64,000 bases of DNA from Cenococcum geophilum (Eukaryota), in NCBI GenBank assembly GCA_050273025.1, contig CP158635.1:33480001-33544000 (forward strand). The letters run 5' to 3'. The notes under the pieces are model-generated. The model was not told the DNA's origin, ran no database searches, and saw only the letters and a program-made list of their open reading frames with translations. Below are positions 38,501 through 50,359 of this stretch, in pieces. A program made the position numbers and the translations under genes. Every line of letters starts with the position of its first letter. The stretch's first letter is position 1.

Positions 38501-40519
38501 ACATGCTTCTAATAAGGAGTTTAGCGCTTAAATTAAAAAGGGGTAGAAGACCTTTAATAAGTACTATAGTAAAACGGATAAGTCGCTACTTTACGCCGCT
38601 ACCCTTATTCTTTATCTAAACCGTTATATAAAGTATATTAAGGTAAACTAGAAAGTAAAGTAGGTTAAGCCCATTTTAAAAAAAGTTAAAGAGCTTTAGG
38701 AGTCCTACTAGAAAAAAGCTTCTATTCCTCTAAGTCCTCTATTATATAAAAGAAGACCTTAGGAGTAAGAATTTAACATATTTAATTAAATTGCTTAAAA
38801 GCTAGGGAAGTATACTTAACTAGTAAGTTAGAATAAGTACTAAGATTATTATAATAGGGAACCGTATAATATTAGTAAGATGCTAGCGCTTAAATAGTAG
38901 TATTAAGATTAATAAAGAAAACGTTAGCTAAGGTTATTATATATAGCAATTAATATTCTTTTAATTTTAGCTATAAGTAATAAACTAGAGCGAGTCTTTT
39001 TAGGGGGACGTTATATAGTATTATAGAAAAGGGTATAGATAGGAGTAGAAAACCTTAAGAGGGTAAAGTGTTTAAAATATTATAAACAAAGTAGTATTTT
39101 AGACGAATAATATCTAATATTAGGAGACTATTAGGGCCTTTTCTAGAAGCCTTCCTCTAAGTTCCCTTTATAAATTAATTAGCCTTAAGCACGTACTATA
39201 ATGCTAAGTAATTATTAATAATTATTAATTATTAACTAATAATAGCGATTATTAATTAACGCCTTATTAATAGCATTAAAAACTAGCCTAGACTATAGCA
39301 TTACGTTAGGCCGCTTTTAGGTTTATAGGTTCTAATATAGGCTAATTTCCCTATAATATAAAAGTATTAGTCCTATAGCAACCGTACTGCCTTACTACTT
39401 TTAGTAACATATACCACTATTAAACTATATACCTTTCCTATATCTTTTCTACTAAGCTACCCTATTTAGGCTATATATACATTATTCTCTTTTCTTAGCA
39501 CCTTTACTGCTTTATCTTAAATCTTTTCTTCCTAGTTAAGAACTACTATTTAATTAGCATTATTAATTTTTACTAGGTAGAGCTAGTCTTATAGTACCTA
39601 AATACTAAGTACTAAGGTCTTCTAGGCCGCTTCTTTTATATATTAGAGCTTAGTATTATTTTTATAAGTTATTCTAATATATATAGGGTTTTTAGGGTCT
39701 TTAATTACTGCTATATAGCGCTAGCTCTTATAGCCTTCCGTTATATATATATTACTTTTAATTACTTACCTAATTACCCCCAGTTATACTTTATTCTTAT
39801 TTTCCTCTTTAACTCTAGATATATTAACTATATAATATAGCGTATTAGTAATAGTTAATAGTATAATATTCCTTAACGGGAAGGACGTTAGGTTACTTAG
39901 TTAACTACTTAGTAGTATATAGGCAATATCCACGTATAATAGAGCCGCGCTTAATAGTGCTTAAATATTTAATAATTAGGTCTAGATTACCTTTATCTTC
40001 TCTATAACCTTAGCTCTAAATATATTAATCTACTTTATAAACATTTTAGTAATAACTTTAATTTAGTTTACTTATACCTCTTTCTACTACTTTAATACCC
40101 CTAGTAGTAATATAACTAGGTTAGTTAGCACCTTAATCTATATATTTAATATTATATTTATCCTCTTAGTTATTAATTAGTTTGCTATAATAGCTATTAT
40201 TACTAGCTACTTTATTCTCTTTTTAGCCATTATACGGTTTTTTATTAACCCTATTTAATCCTTAGGGCGTAGTTTTTTCCCTATATACTTTAGTTATGGT
40301 ATACTAGGGGCTACTGCTACTATATAAACCGTATCTTTTATATTACTTTTATAACTATTATTTTTAAGGGCCTTAGTTATTTTAGCGCGTTCCTAATATA
40401 ATTAATACGTTAAGCCTTCTTCTACCTCTACTATTTCTATCTTCCCTTTCTTAACTTAGATACTGCGTGCTAGGGGGTATTATTTAAAGATAAGGTTTAA
40501 GTCCTTTTGGTATTACCTT
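32597..40519 (-). mobile_element. Tad1-like LINE (ORF1 gag with zinc knuckles; ORF2 APE-RT-RNase H), interrupted by hAT
   Basis: (AAT)n tail complement at about 32598-32618. Reverted motifs: GLPQGSPL (about 34740-34762), AFVDDY (about 34650-34665), EHGSDH (about 36010-36028), GDFN.H (about 36240-36258), ORF1 QCY.CQ.LGHKAF.C. Possible 12-bp TSD gtggattatagt/atagattatagt. Confidence 0.92.
36887..39294 (+). mobile_element. hAT-superfamily DNA transposon (transposase about 37010-39110)
   Basis: Reverted motifs DIWTSPNR..LLGICAHF, DNATSND, WRIRC.GHIINLA, LDN.TRWNSW, and dimerisation motif LKWW..RWPRLS.MAIDILSIPAMS.EPERVFS. Imperfect TIRs (TAGTTTTTAAT) with ATTAAT-rich subterminal repeats. Exact ends and TSD uncertain. 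Confidence 0.9.
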
Positions 40520-41134
40520 ATAGATTATAGTAGATATTATATAGTAGAGGTAGAGTTATATAAGCTTATATAACTTAAGGACCGTATATAACTTTAAGCG
40601 GTGCTACTATTCTTCTCCTTTTCTTTCTTTAGCTTTAGATCTTTATTTATAAATAATTTAATTATATAGGCTTATACATCTATCTTGCTATACCTATATC
40701 TCTTAATTAACTAAGTTACTAATATCCCTTCCGCTAGTATATTTCGTTCTATTATTATTAATAAAAATTAGCTAATAGAATTAATAGAATTAAGGCTATA
40801 TAACTATACGCGTACTTTTAATTCTAGTATTTACGCACGGTTTACCTTTTATAGGATACTATTAATAGAAGGGATACTCTCTATAACTATAAAGGCTTAG
40901 TTAAAAAAATAGAATCTATTAGTAGCTAGTAAACTAGAATTCTAAGATAAGGTTTAGAAGGAGGTTAAGGAAAAGATATATCTATATATATAGGCTAAGG
41001 CTCTAAGTAAGCCCCTAACTAGGGTTTATAATAGTGCCGTAATAATAACTAATTACCTATAATATTGTTTTAGTATATTAATATGCTAAAATAGATATAT
41101 TTTAGTATATTAATATACTATATATACTCGCAAT

Positions 41135-41199
41135 CTATTTCTATAACTTATTCCTATAACCTATTCCTATAACCCATTTTTATAACCTATTTCTATAAC
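41135..41199. repeat. 5 x 13-bp tandem repeat CTATT(C/T)CTATAAC
   Basis: Directly visible. Lies between palindromic motifs at 41068/41100 and 41366. Confidence 0.85.
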
Positions 41200-41419
41200 C
41201 TATTACTAGTAACTAACCCATTCCTATATAACCCATTTTATAGTTAATAGAGGAGTAAATAGGGTTAGAGTATAAAGAAAGAATGTAGTATATTAATAAA
41301 TAAAGTAAGATTTAAAAGATTATTAAAAAGAGAAAGGTAGGTAGAAAGAGAATATTAAGGGGATATTTTAGTATATTAATATACTAAAATAAGGCGATTT
41401 TATTAATACGTTAATATAG

Positions 41420-41900
41420 TAGTAATAAGGGTAGTAGTAGTAAAAGTAGGAGAGGTAATAAAGGTAATAAGAGTAAAAGTAAAAATAAAAGTAGTAAAAA
41501 AGGTAATAAAAGTAATAAAAGTAATAGAGGTAGTAAAGGTAGTAGGAATAATAGAAGTAATAAAGTTAGTAGGAGTAGAAGTAATAATAGTAATAAAATT
41601 AATAATAATATAAGTAGTAGTTATAGTAATAGAAGTAGTAGTAAAAATAAAAGTAGTAGTAGGGGTAGTAGATTAAAGTAGTAGTAGAAGTAAAAATAAT
41701 AAAAGTAATTAAAAAAGAGTAGTAATAAGGTAAATAATAGTAATTTATAATATAATAGATAAAGGAGAGGGTAATAAATAAAAGATTATAAAGGTAGTTA
41801 TAAGTTATAATAATAGTAATAGTAGTAGTAGTAGTAGTAGGTTTAGTAGTAGTAAAGGTAAAAGTAATAAGGGTAGAAGTAGTAATAGGGGTAGAAGTAG
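41420..41900. repeat. Purine-rich low-complexity (GTA/AAT/GGT)n tract
   Basis: Almost no C on the + strand, triplet periodicity. Confidence 0.8.
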
Positions 41901-41915
41901 AATTAATAAGTAATA

Positions 41916-42593
41916 TAGTAAAACCTCATTATACCGTTTAGCTCGGTAGTAGGGGGGTTAAACATTATGCTATATAGAAACATTATATTATAAGCTTACT
42001 TATTAATTACTATAAGGGGCTAAATTAACTCTTTTCTCTATCTATAACTACTTAAAGAAGCTTATAATAGTTATCTGCCTTACCTATATAGCTTAACAGC
42101 CTTAAATTACTCTCTTTGCCTTTATAAGAGCTGTAATTAGAGTTTTATTACTATCCTCTTACTGCCCCTTATAGAGCTTAAGGCGCTTTAGTGTATCTAA
42201 AGCCTTATTAAGCTTAATAACTTATAGCTTAACCTCTTTATTACTTTCTTTATTATTTAGCGCGTTATATAAAGTGATAATTAAGGCTTTAATTGCTTCC
42301 TATAATATAGAGGCCTTAGGCTCTATTAAAGCGTCCTTTTTATTTATATTAATAAAGTTACTAATAGGAATTAATTGCCTAATTTGCCCTACTTAGCTAA
42401 GCTACTATAAATATACCTCTAATTCGGCCTTAAGCTAAGGCTTATTATACCCGCTTAGCGTACCCTAGGGGCCCTTATAGGGTCTAAAGATTATTAAATA
42501 TATAAAGCAATTTATTACGGTTTAAGGGCTAATTTTATACTATACTACAATAGCCCACTAAACAGCCCTAAATACGTTTATTATCTTAAGGGG
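41916..42593 (-). mobile_element. pogo/Tc1-mariner-like DNA transposon 3' fragment
   Basis: TA followed by TIR-like (C/T)AGTAAAACCTC at 41916. Minus-strand reverted PLK..NV.RAVQWAI.AW.EISPQTV.NCF.HS, resembling the pogo/CENP-B DDE_1 C-terminal region. Truncated by the LTR at 42594. Confidence 0.75.
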
Positions 42594-45500
42594 TATTAGT
42601 AACTTAGTTAATTAAGATATAAATATAGCAAAAGGGTCACGTAAGCCTATATAATTAAATTGTTTATAAATAAGAATCTAAAGCTAAAGAAAAAAAAAAG
42701 AAAGAATAGGCGGTAATATAAGGAGTTATATATAATCCCTAGTTACATAAGAGTTATATAAGCCCTACGTCTACTATAACGTCTACTATAGCTACCACTT
42801 TCTGCTAGTGCTGTAATATTACCCCCCCCTCTATAAAAGCCTGCCCTTAGGCTTTATATATCCATATTACGCCTATAAGGCGTTCTTATCTTTATACTCT
42901 TCCGGTAGCTTATTATCTTTATTATACTAGCATTCTATCTATTTATTTAGGTACTTTAGTGGTCCTGGTTTATTAGGGTAATAGCTATAGAATTTTTAAA
43001 GCTTATAGGGACTGCTAATAAAGTTCTATATAGGGTACTAGGTGGGATCTAGGTTATAGCCTTTCTAACTAATATAGTACTTTAGCGTTTTCCTTACTAG
43101 CTTATAGGCTAGTATCTCTTTAATTTCTTATTTATTATTACCATTAACTTAAATTAGTAGGGGGGGTTTATTTTTTTATCTAGGTAATAGGTTGTTCGCT
43201 ACCTTTTATAGCTTATTTAGTAAGAAGATTAGGTAAACCTTAATTAAATTTAAAAGCTTTACTTTGTATAAGTTACCTATTTTCTTAAGGACCTTATATA
43301 GTTCTACTATCTAATAATTAAGCTTACGACTTGGCCGTTCTATCTTTTAGTTCTTTATTATAACCTAGACTATATTACCTACGGTAAAGTTAGGCTCGCG
43401 CCTATACTTATTTGCCTACTATTTTATTAATTTTTAGGCCTTTTTTAGATTTATATAGGCTACCGTCTAGGCTTCCTCTAAGTATTTAGCGTACTGCTAG
43501 GCTTCCTTATAAGACAGTTTCTTACGTATAGTCTATAGTTCTTCTAGTCTATCCTAGTTAAAGCTTATTTATAGTAGGTACCCCATTTCTAGTTAGATAG
43601 GTGTAAATCCTATAAAGTTATAGGGTAGGGTTGCCTGGGCGTAGTTTATTAGAGGTAGTAGTTTACCCTAGTTATTTTAGAAGTAGTTAATAAAGGGCTA
43701 GAGTCTTTAGTCTAAGTATTAATTTATAATCTCTATCTAACCGTCTATTTAGGGGTAGTACGCTATAAAAAGCTTTAGCCTAATTCCTAGGATCTAAGTA
43801 AACTTATTCTAGAAAGCTAATATAAACTATAGTTTATAGTCCAATATAATAGTGTTTAATAGTTTATAAATTTGGTATATATAATAGATATATAGTTAGG
43901 CCGCCTCTTTAGCATTAATATTCTTATAATAGGGGATTAAAAAAGGGCGTTTGCTAAAACGGTTAACTAAGATTATAACTATATTATACCTGTTACGGTC
44001 TACTAGTAGTTTATAAAAATCTATAGAGATATACTGCTAGGGGCGCTCTAGTATTAGGAGTGGCTTTAATAGTCCTAGGGTCTTATTTTATGGAATTATA
44101 AACCTATAGCAGTTACTGTAGTTCTATATATAACAGTTAATATTTATAACTATTCTAGGCCAGTAATAACGGTTACTAATAATCTTATAGGTTTTATTTT
44201 TTTTAGGGTGGGCTATAGAGACCTAGGTATATGCTTTAGTAATAAGCCGGGTTTATAAGTTCTGTTTTTTTACTACTACTAGCTATTCTTAGTGCTTAAG
44301 TAGTCTATTTTTAAGGGACCATAGGCTGGTAATATCCTTTGCCTTTTCGCGGTACTCCTATAGAGAAGGGTCCGTACGGTTTACTTATAGTAGTTTATTA
44401 ATAAGGTTAAATTCCATAGGGTTAATGGGACATATCTTAGCGCTTAAAGATTTAGTACTTAGTTCTTTCTATATTTAAGGGTTAAGGTACTCTAGTTATA
44501 GTAGCGTCTAGGTCTATAATAAGATTTTTACGGCTATCTAGTTATTTAGGTCCTATTTATATCTTATAAGAGTATCTATATAGTTAGTAGAGCCTAGCCT
44601 ATATATAATTAGGAAGTTAAATTAAGATAGAATATTCGCCTAGCGCGCCTGCCAGGCTATAAGGGCTTTTATTATTATAAAATATTCTAAGGCCTTATAA
44701 TCTAAAACCACTTAAATAGGTTTAGGGGTCCCTTTTAGCTATACTCGCCAGTGCTAAAAGCTATAGATAATAGCCAATATTTCTTTATTATAAATTGGGT
44801 AGTTTAGCTTAGTATCTACTATAGTCTTTAAATAGTAAGCAATAGAGTACTATTCTCTGTTTATCTACTTTTAGGAGTAAACGCTAGCTATAATACTATT
44901 TAAGGCATTAGTTTCTAGCATTAAGGGCTATTTTAAGTTAAAGTAGGCGAGTAAGGGAGTAGAAACTAGTCATTTCTTAAGCTTATTAAAGGCCTACCTA
45001 TATACAGTGTTAAAGTAAAAGGGCCGGTCCTTATAGGTAAGTAGGCTTAATAGCTAGGTAATTTTACTATAGTTCTTAATAAAGCGTTAGTAGAAGTTAT
45101 AGAACCCTAAGAATAACTATACCCCCTTTACGGTCCTTAGGGGTACCTATTAGTTAATTATAGCTATCTTTTCTGGGTCTGCCTTAATCTTATTTATATT
45201 AATAATAAACCCTAAGTACTTTATATGCTTAACACTAAATTCTAACTTCTTAATATTAGCTTAGAGGCTAGCTTTCTAAAGCCGTTATAGGACTTTATAA
45301 ATATACTCTTTATATTCCAGTTTATTTTTAGAGTAAATTATAATATTATCTAGGTATACTATATAGAAGTTATTAAGGTAGTTAAATAGTATATTATTTA
45401 TATATTGTTAGTATATAGCCAGTCCATTAGTTAGTTTAAAAGGTAGTACTTTATATTTATACGTTTTGTAATAGGTCTAAAACGTAATAAGGTTTTCTAA

Positions 45501-47510
45501 TTTAGGGTTTATCCTAATCTAGTAAAAAGCCTAGCGGATATTAAGCTTTATAAAGATTTTAGCTCTACTTATTTAGGCTAAAGTCTTATTAAGTAAAGGT
45601 AGTGGGTAGCGGTCTTTAAGGGTTAAATTATTAAGCTTATAGTAGTCAATACAGAAATAAAGTCCTTTATTTAACTTTTTAGTAAAGAGAATAGGTAAGT
45701 TAAAAGGGGCTTAACTAGGCTTAATAAAGCCCTTATTTAGGTTATTAATAAGATACTACTTTATAGCCTATAATTCGGTAGTAAATTGCTATTAGAGGGG
45801 GCTATAGCTAAGGGTAACCACCTTATCCGGCTTAATTTTAATCTTATAGTTATATGGTTAGTAAGGCGGGAGTATATTAGATACTACTTTAAAGAAAGTA
45901 TCTTTAAATTTCTAGTATTAATAGGGCAGTTTTTATTTTACTAGCTCCTTATCTATAAGCTCGCCTTTCTCTTAGGCTAGAGCTTCTTTCTCTTTAATTA
46001 TTTAATTAATTTTATATAAGCTAGTTATAAAGGTAACGGTATTAAGCTAAACTAGGTTTTAGTAGAATCCTATAGCGCTAATATAGCAGATATTAACTAG
46101 TGGAAGGTTTATAGGTTTCTTTACGGATATTTATTAGGCCGTATTTTACGGTATAAGGTTTATAATCTTCCTTAGCTTATATTCTATTTTCTATAAGTTA
46201 TCCTTTTAGTTTATTAGTTTAGTATATTATCTAATATCCTTAGCCTTTTTTTATAGCTATATAGGGCCTAAGTTCTCTATTAGGGACTTAACTAAGCTAC
46301 TACTAACTTTTTAAGTCTTTAGTGCGGGTAGTATAATATAGGTAGTCTAGGGGCGGTATAGTATATAGATCTATTATAGATTAAGCTATATATCCTTCTT
46401 AAAAGCCTAATCCCTATACGTTATATCGGCTTAGTAAACGGTATTTATCTACGGCTATATAAGGTTTTCTATTATAATACTAATCTCTTTTATAAAGGAA
46501 GGCGTTAGGGGTATAGTTTTAGGCTAGATAAGCTACCTATTTTATATATTAAGCTATAAGCCTAAATAGGCTAGCTATTTTCTCCTTAAGATTATATTAT
46601 AGCTTCTAAGGTCTATAATAAGGAAGGGGATATTATACTACCTTTATCTATTAACGCGGAGGTAGATCTATAAGATAGTTATAATAGATAGTTCTATCTA
46701 TCCATTATAACCGCAAATAGGGATTAGTTTAGGCAGTTCTTTAAGGGGTATATTTAAAAAGTTAGCTAGTTTTACAGCGTACTTTATATTAATTAAGGTA
46801 AAGGTATTTACTTTTAAGTTAGCTAAAGTAGAGGTTAAAACTTAATATTTATTATAAAATAAAGTATAAGGGATAGTATAGCTTCTTTTACTAACTAGTT
46901 AACCTAGATTAATATATAATATATTAATCCCTTTTAACCCTAGAGAGGAGTCTTTTTTTAAAGTTTCTTTTTTTCTAGCTTTATACTATTCTCCTAAATT
47001 AATAAAACCTTATTTATCTTTACCTTTATTAGGCAGTTCCTTATAGGGTAGCCTATTTAACCGTATAAGAAGTAATCTCCTTAATTACTAAGGGCTTATA
47101 TATAGGGGTTGCTATATATAGGCCGGGTATATACTAGGCCTATAGTAGGGGTAGCTACGTAGCTAGCTACTAGGTTAACTATAGGAGTTGCTAATTATAC
47201 TAGGGCACTATAGGCCGTACTTATAGTACTTACGGCCTAGTTTATAAGGTTTCTAGTTTTTAGCTAGTTAGCGCGTACCTTAATTTAATAGAGGCCTTAG
47301 TTAATAGCTAATTAATAGTCTATAAGTTCCTTTAATATCTATATTATAGTATAAGCTGGTAATATAGCCCGCTATAGGTTTAGGGTAAGCTTATTAAAGA
47401 GGTCTAGTAGTAAGTCTTTTTAGGGGATTTAGGCCTATTTAGCTAGGTATAAAAAGTAGGTTTAAAAGGCTAAAAAGGTCTCCGTTATTTTTATATTTAG
47501 GCTTTTATAG
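42594..47510 (-). mobile_element. Gypsy family A copy (3' LTR 42594-42818, full pol, 3' half of gag; 5' part lost)
   Basis: Colinear reverse complement of about 15340-20264. Confidence 0.95.
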
Positions 47511-47511
47511 C

Positions 47512-49640
47512 TATATAATTACAGCACCTATTATACTAACCGCGTATTTATGCGTTTAATATACTAAATACGCGTTTACATATTTAGTATACCTACTTGC
47601 TTATATATCTAGTATACTCCTAAAACACTAGCTAGTTAGGGGGGAGATATATTAGTATATAGACTACGTAGCCTACCTTAATAGAATTAACAGTTACTAC
47701 CGTTTAAATAAGCATATAATACTATATGTATTTTATGCCCCTAGATATAACTTACCTATACTATTAAGTTAGTATAAATACTAATTAGTAAGTGTATACA
47801 GATTAGTAATTACTTAATACCTCCCCCTAAGTAATACTTAATAGTAACTACCCGTTTAATCCTAGTATAACTTACTAGAAGGTTAGAAGGTAAAGGATTA
47901 TAGACTATTACTAACTTTATATACTTATTTAAGTCTTAGTATAGTTTATTAAAAGTTTATAAATATAAATATAGACCTTTATAGAACCTCTTACCCTTCT
48001 ATAAACTACTATAAACCTATTAATTACCTTTATAGACTGTTATAAAACCTTATAAAAACTCCTTACCCTCCTATAAACTATTATAAACCTATTAACCGCC
48101 TTTATAGACCACTATAAGACCTTTTCCACCCCGCTATATACTATAATATATAATATAGTAGATATAAGTAAGTAGATTAATAAAGGTTAAGAGAAATAGA
48201 GTTAAGGAGTTAACCTTACGTCTATAAACGATGTTAATAACTATATTAAGTTTAAAGTCCTTAAATACGGATATTATAAGCTTATAAATAATAACCTATA
48301 GGAGTAATATAAGGAAGACTTTATAGACTTTACGGAAGCTATTTTTAAGGCTTATAGTATTATACCTATCTATAACTTACGAAACCTTTTATATTACTAA
48401 GGTATATAGGTTAAAAAAGATAAATAAGTTACTATTATATAGTCCCTATATAATACACTATATAAAAAAGACTAAATAGAATAGACTAAAGAGGAAATCC
48501 TAAACTAGGTTAAGGCTATTAATAAACTCTTTACTTCTTCTAAACTTAATAGAATTACTAGCCTTATACCTAATATACTTAACTAAATTTGTCTAATAAA
48601 CTTAAGTATATTTAGAATTAATCTTATAGGCTAAAGTATACCCTATTCTTAAGCTATAGATTATAATACCCCTATAACCTAAGTTATAGATTATAATACC
48701 CCTATAAACTAAAATATAGACTAAATTACCCCTATTATTTAAGTTATAAATCCATAAACTATATATCTATAAACTATATATTTATAAGCTATATATCTAT
48801 AAGCTATAAATTTATAAGTTATAGATCTATAATTTATTTAAGTAAAGACTTATAGTAAGGAGCTAGCTAACCTAGCTAAGCTCTATACCAATAAATTAAA
48901 GTATAGTAATAAAAATAATAATTTTAACTTTAAACTAACTATCTTTATAGACCTTTATTAGAAGGCTAATATTCCTAAATAAAAGTTTAGTTAAGCCTAC
49001 TTTACTATACTATACGGCCTAGCCCTTAACTATTACTATACTAACCTTAAAAGTAGCCCCCTTAGTATTTTATTTAATAAACTATATAAAGCTATATATA
49101 ACTACTTTAAAGGACTAGAATATAGGCGTAATATTTTTATTTAATAAAATATAACTAAGCTACGGACCGTAATTAATAAGAATACTAAAAAATTAACTAT
49201 AGAGTGCCTGTAAATCCTTATTAAAGACCTCCGGCACCTATAGTACGGCCTTAATACTAAGTTTTAAATAAACGACTTTCTATATAATAAACTTATTATA
49301 GCTTACTAGGAAGTAGAGCCCTATAAGTATACCTACTATAAGCCTATAAATACCTTAGCTAGCCTTATTAATAATTTACGCTCCTCTATTATAATATATA
49401 AAGTCTTAAACCTATTAGGTAGCACTTAAGCTTTTATTATAGATATTTAATATCTATAAATAGACTTAGACGTCTACTTTATAAACTACTATTACTACTA
49501 GTAGCACCTATACTAACTAAATCCTACTTATAACCCCTATAATAACTCTTATATAAAAGTATACCCCTATAAATAAATAAGCTAGAAATACTTTATATAT
49601 AGTAAGGAAGGATATTAGTCTATAAGATATACCTAGGAAA
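47512..49640 (+). mobile_element. Ty1/Copia-type 5' fragment (putative LTR, gag, zinc knuckle)
   Basis: Reverted LAKLYT..KYS.ENDNFDFKLTIF.DLC..A.IP, NYFEG.EYRR, LIKDLRHLQHGL, LHNKLI.ACQ, LINDLRSSI and KCF.CGKEGCWSTRH (about 49585-49630), typical of Pezizomycotina Copia gag. LTR limits uncertain. Confidence 0.8.
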
Positions 49641-49862
49641 TTATAAGGGTTAAAGGGTTAGGAATTTTTTAAATAATAAGAACTTAGTAAAAATTTAAGT
49701 AATAAATATAAAAAAAATTTTGTAAAAGGGCCACTTTTTTATATAAAAAGGGTAGAACTAAGTATAGTAAGTTATATATAGGCTTTAGATTTTAAATATT
49801 TATTATAGTTAAGTTACTATATTACTATAAAGTTAAGAAATTTAGTATTATTTTAGGGTATA

Positions 49863-50340
49863 ATATAAAAACCTTAATTAAGTTAGCGCCTATATAAGTC
49901 GCGATATAAAAACCTTAAATAAGTTAGCGCTATTTAAGTCGCAATCTTAATACTTATCTTAATACTTATTTTAATATTTATCTTAATACTTAAAATAAAG
50001 GGGGTTTTAGTATATTAATATGCTAAAATTAAATTATAAGCTATTAATAAATTAATCTTTTAGTTAAATAAGGAGGCTAGTTTTACTAGCCTCCTTATAT
50101 TACTAAAAAATTAATTTTTAATATTTTAGTATATTAATATACTAAAGTTGGCTTTAGCCTCCTTACGCTACTAAAAGGTTAATTCTTAATACCTTAATAC
50201 TCTACTACTTTATACTTCTATGGCCTAATAGATATAAAACCTTAATTTAGGTTAGTATTATTAGTAAGCGATATAAAAACCCTAATTAGGTTAGTATTAT
50301 TAGCGAATAAAATAAAAACCTTAATTAGGTATAGCGCTTT
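49863..50340. repeat. Cluster of about 40-bp repeats with AACC(C/T)TAATTA(G/A)GTT core (49863, 49904, 50232, 50271, 50311) surrounding 12-bp repeats and two 24-bp palindromes (50005, 50124)
   Basis: Directly visible repeats. 50071-50150 is also similar to 32400-32475. Confidence 0.8.
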
Positions 50341-50359
50341 AAACTAGGGGGAGAATAAT

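Larger units (their letters stand above)
32562..40724 (+). mobile_element. Family A solo LTR split by the LINE (32562-32596 and 40520-40724)
   Basis: The 5' part TATTATAGCGCTAGTAGAAAACGGTGG and the 3' part ending CTAAGTTACTAATA join into an LTR like the reverse complement of 4441-4666. Confidence 0.8.

Noticed and set aside
40725..41045. Possible coding fragment ending before the palindrome at 41068
   Set aside because: No recognisable motif; cannot support a call.
49645..49662. Telomere-like AGGGTT repeats at the Copia truncation point
   Set aside because: Only two to three imperfect units, too short to call an interstitial telomere despite the nearby TLH-type gene.
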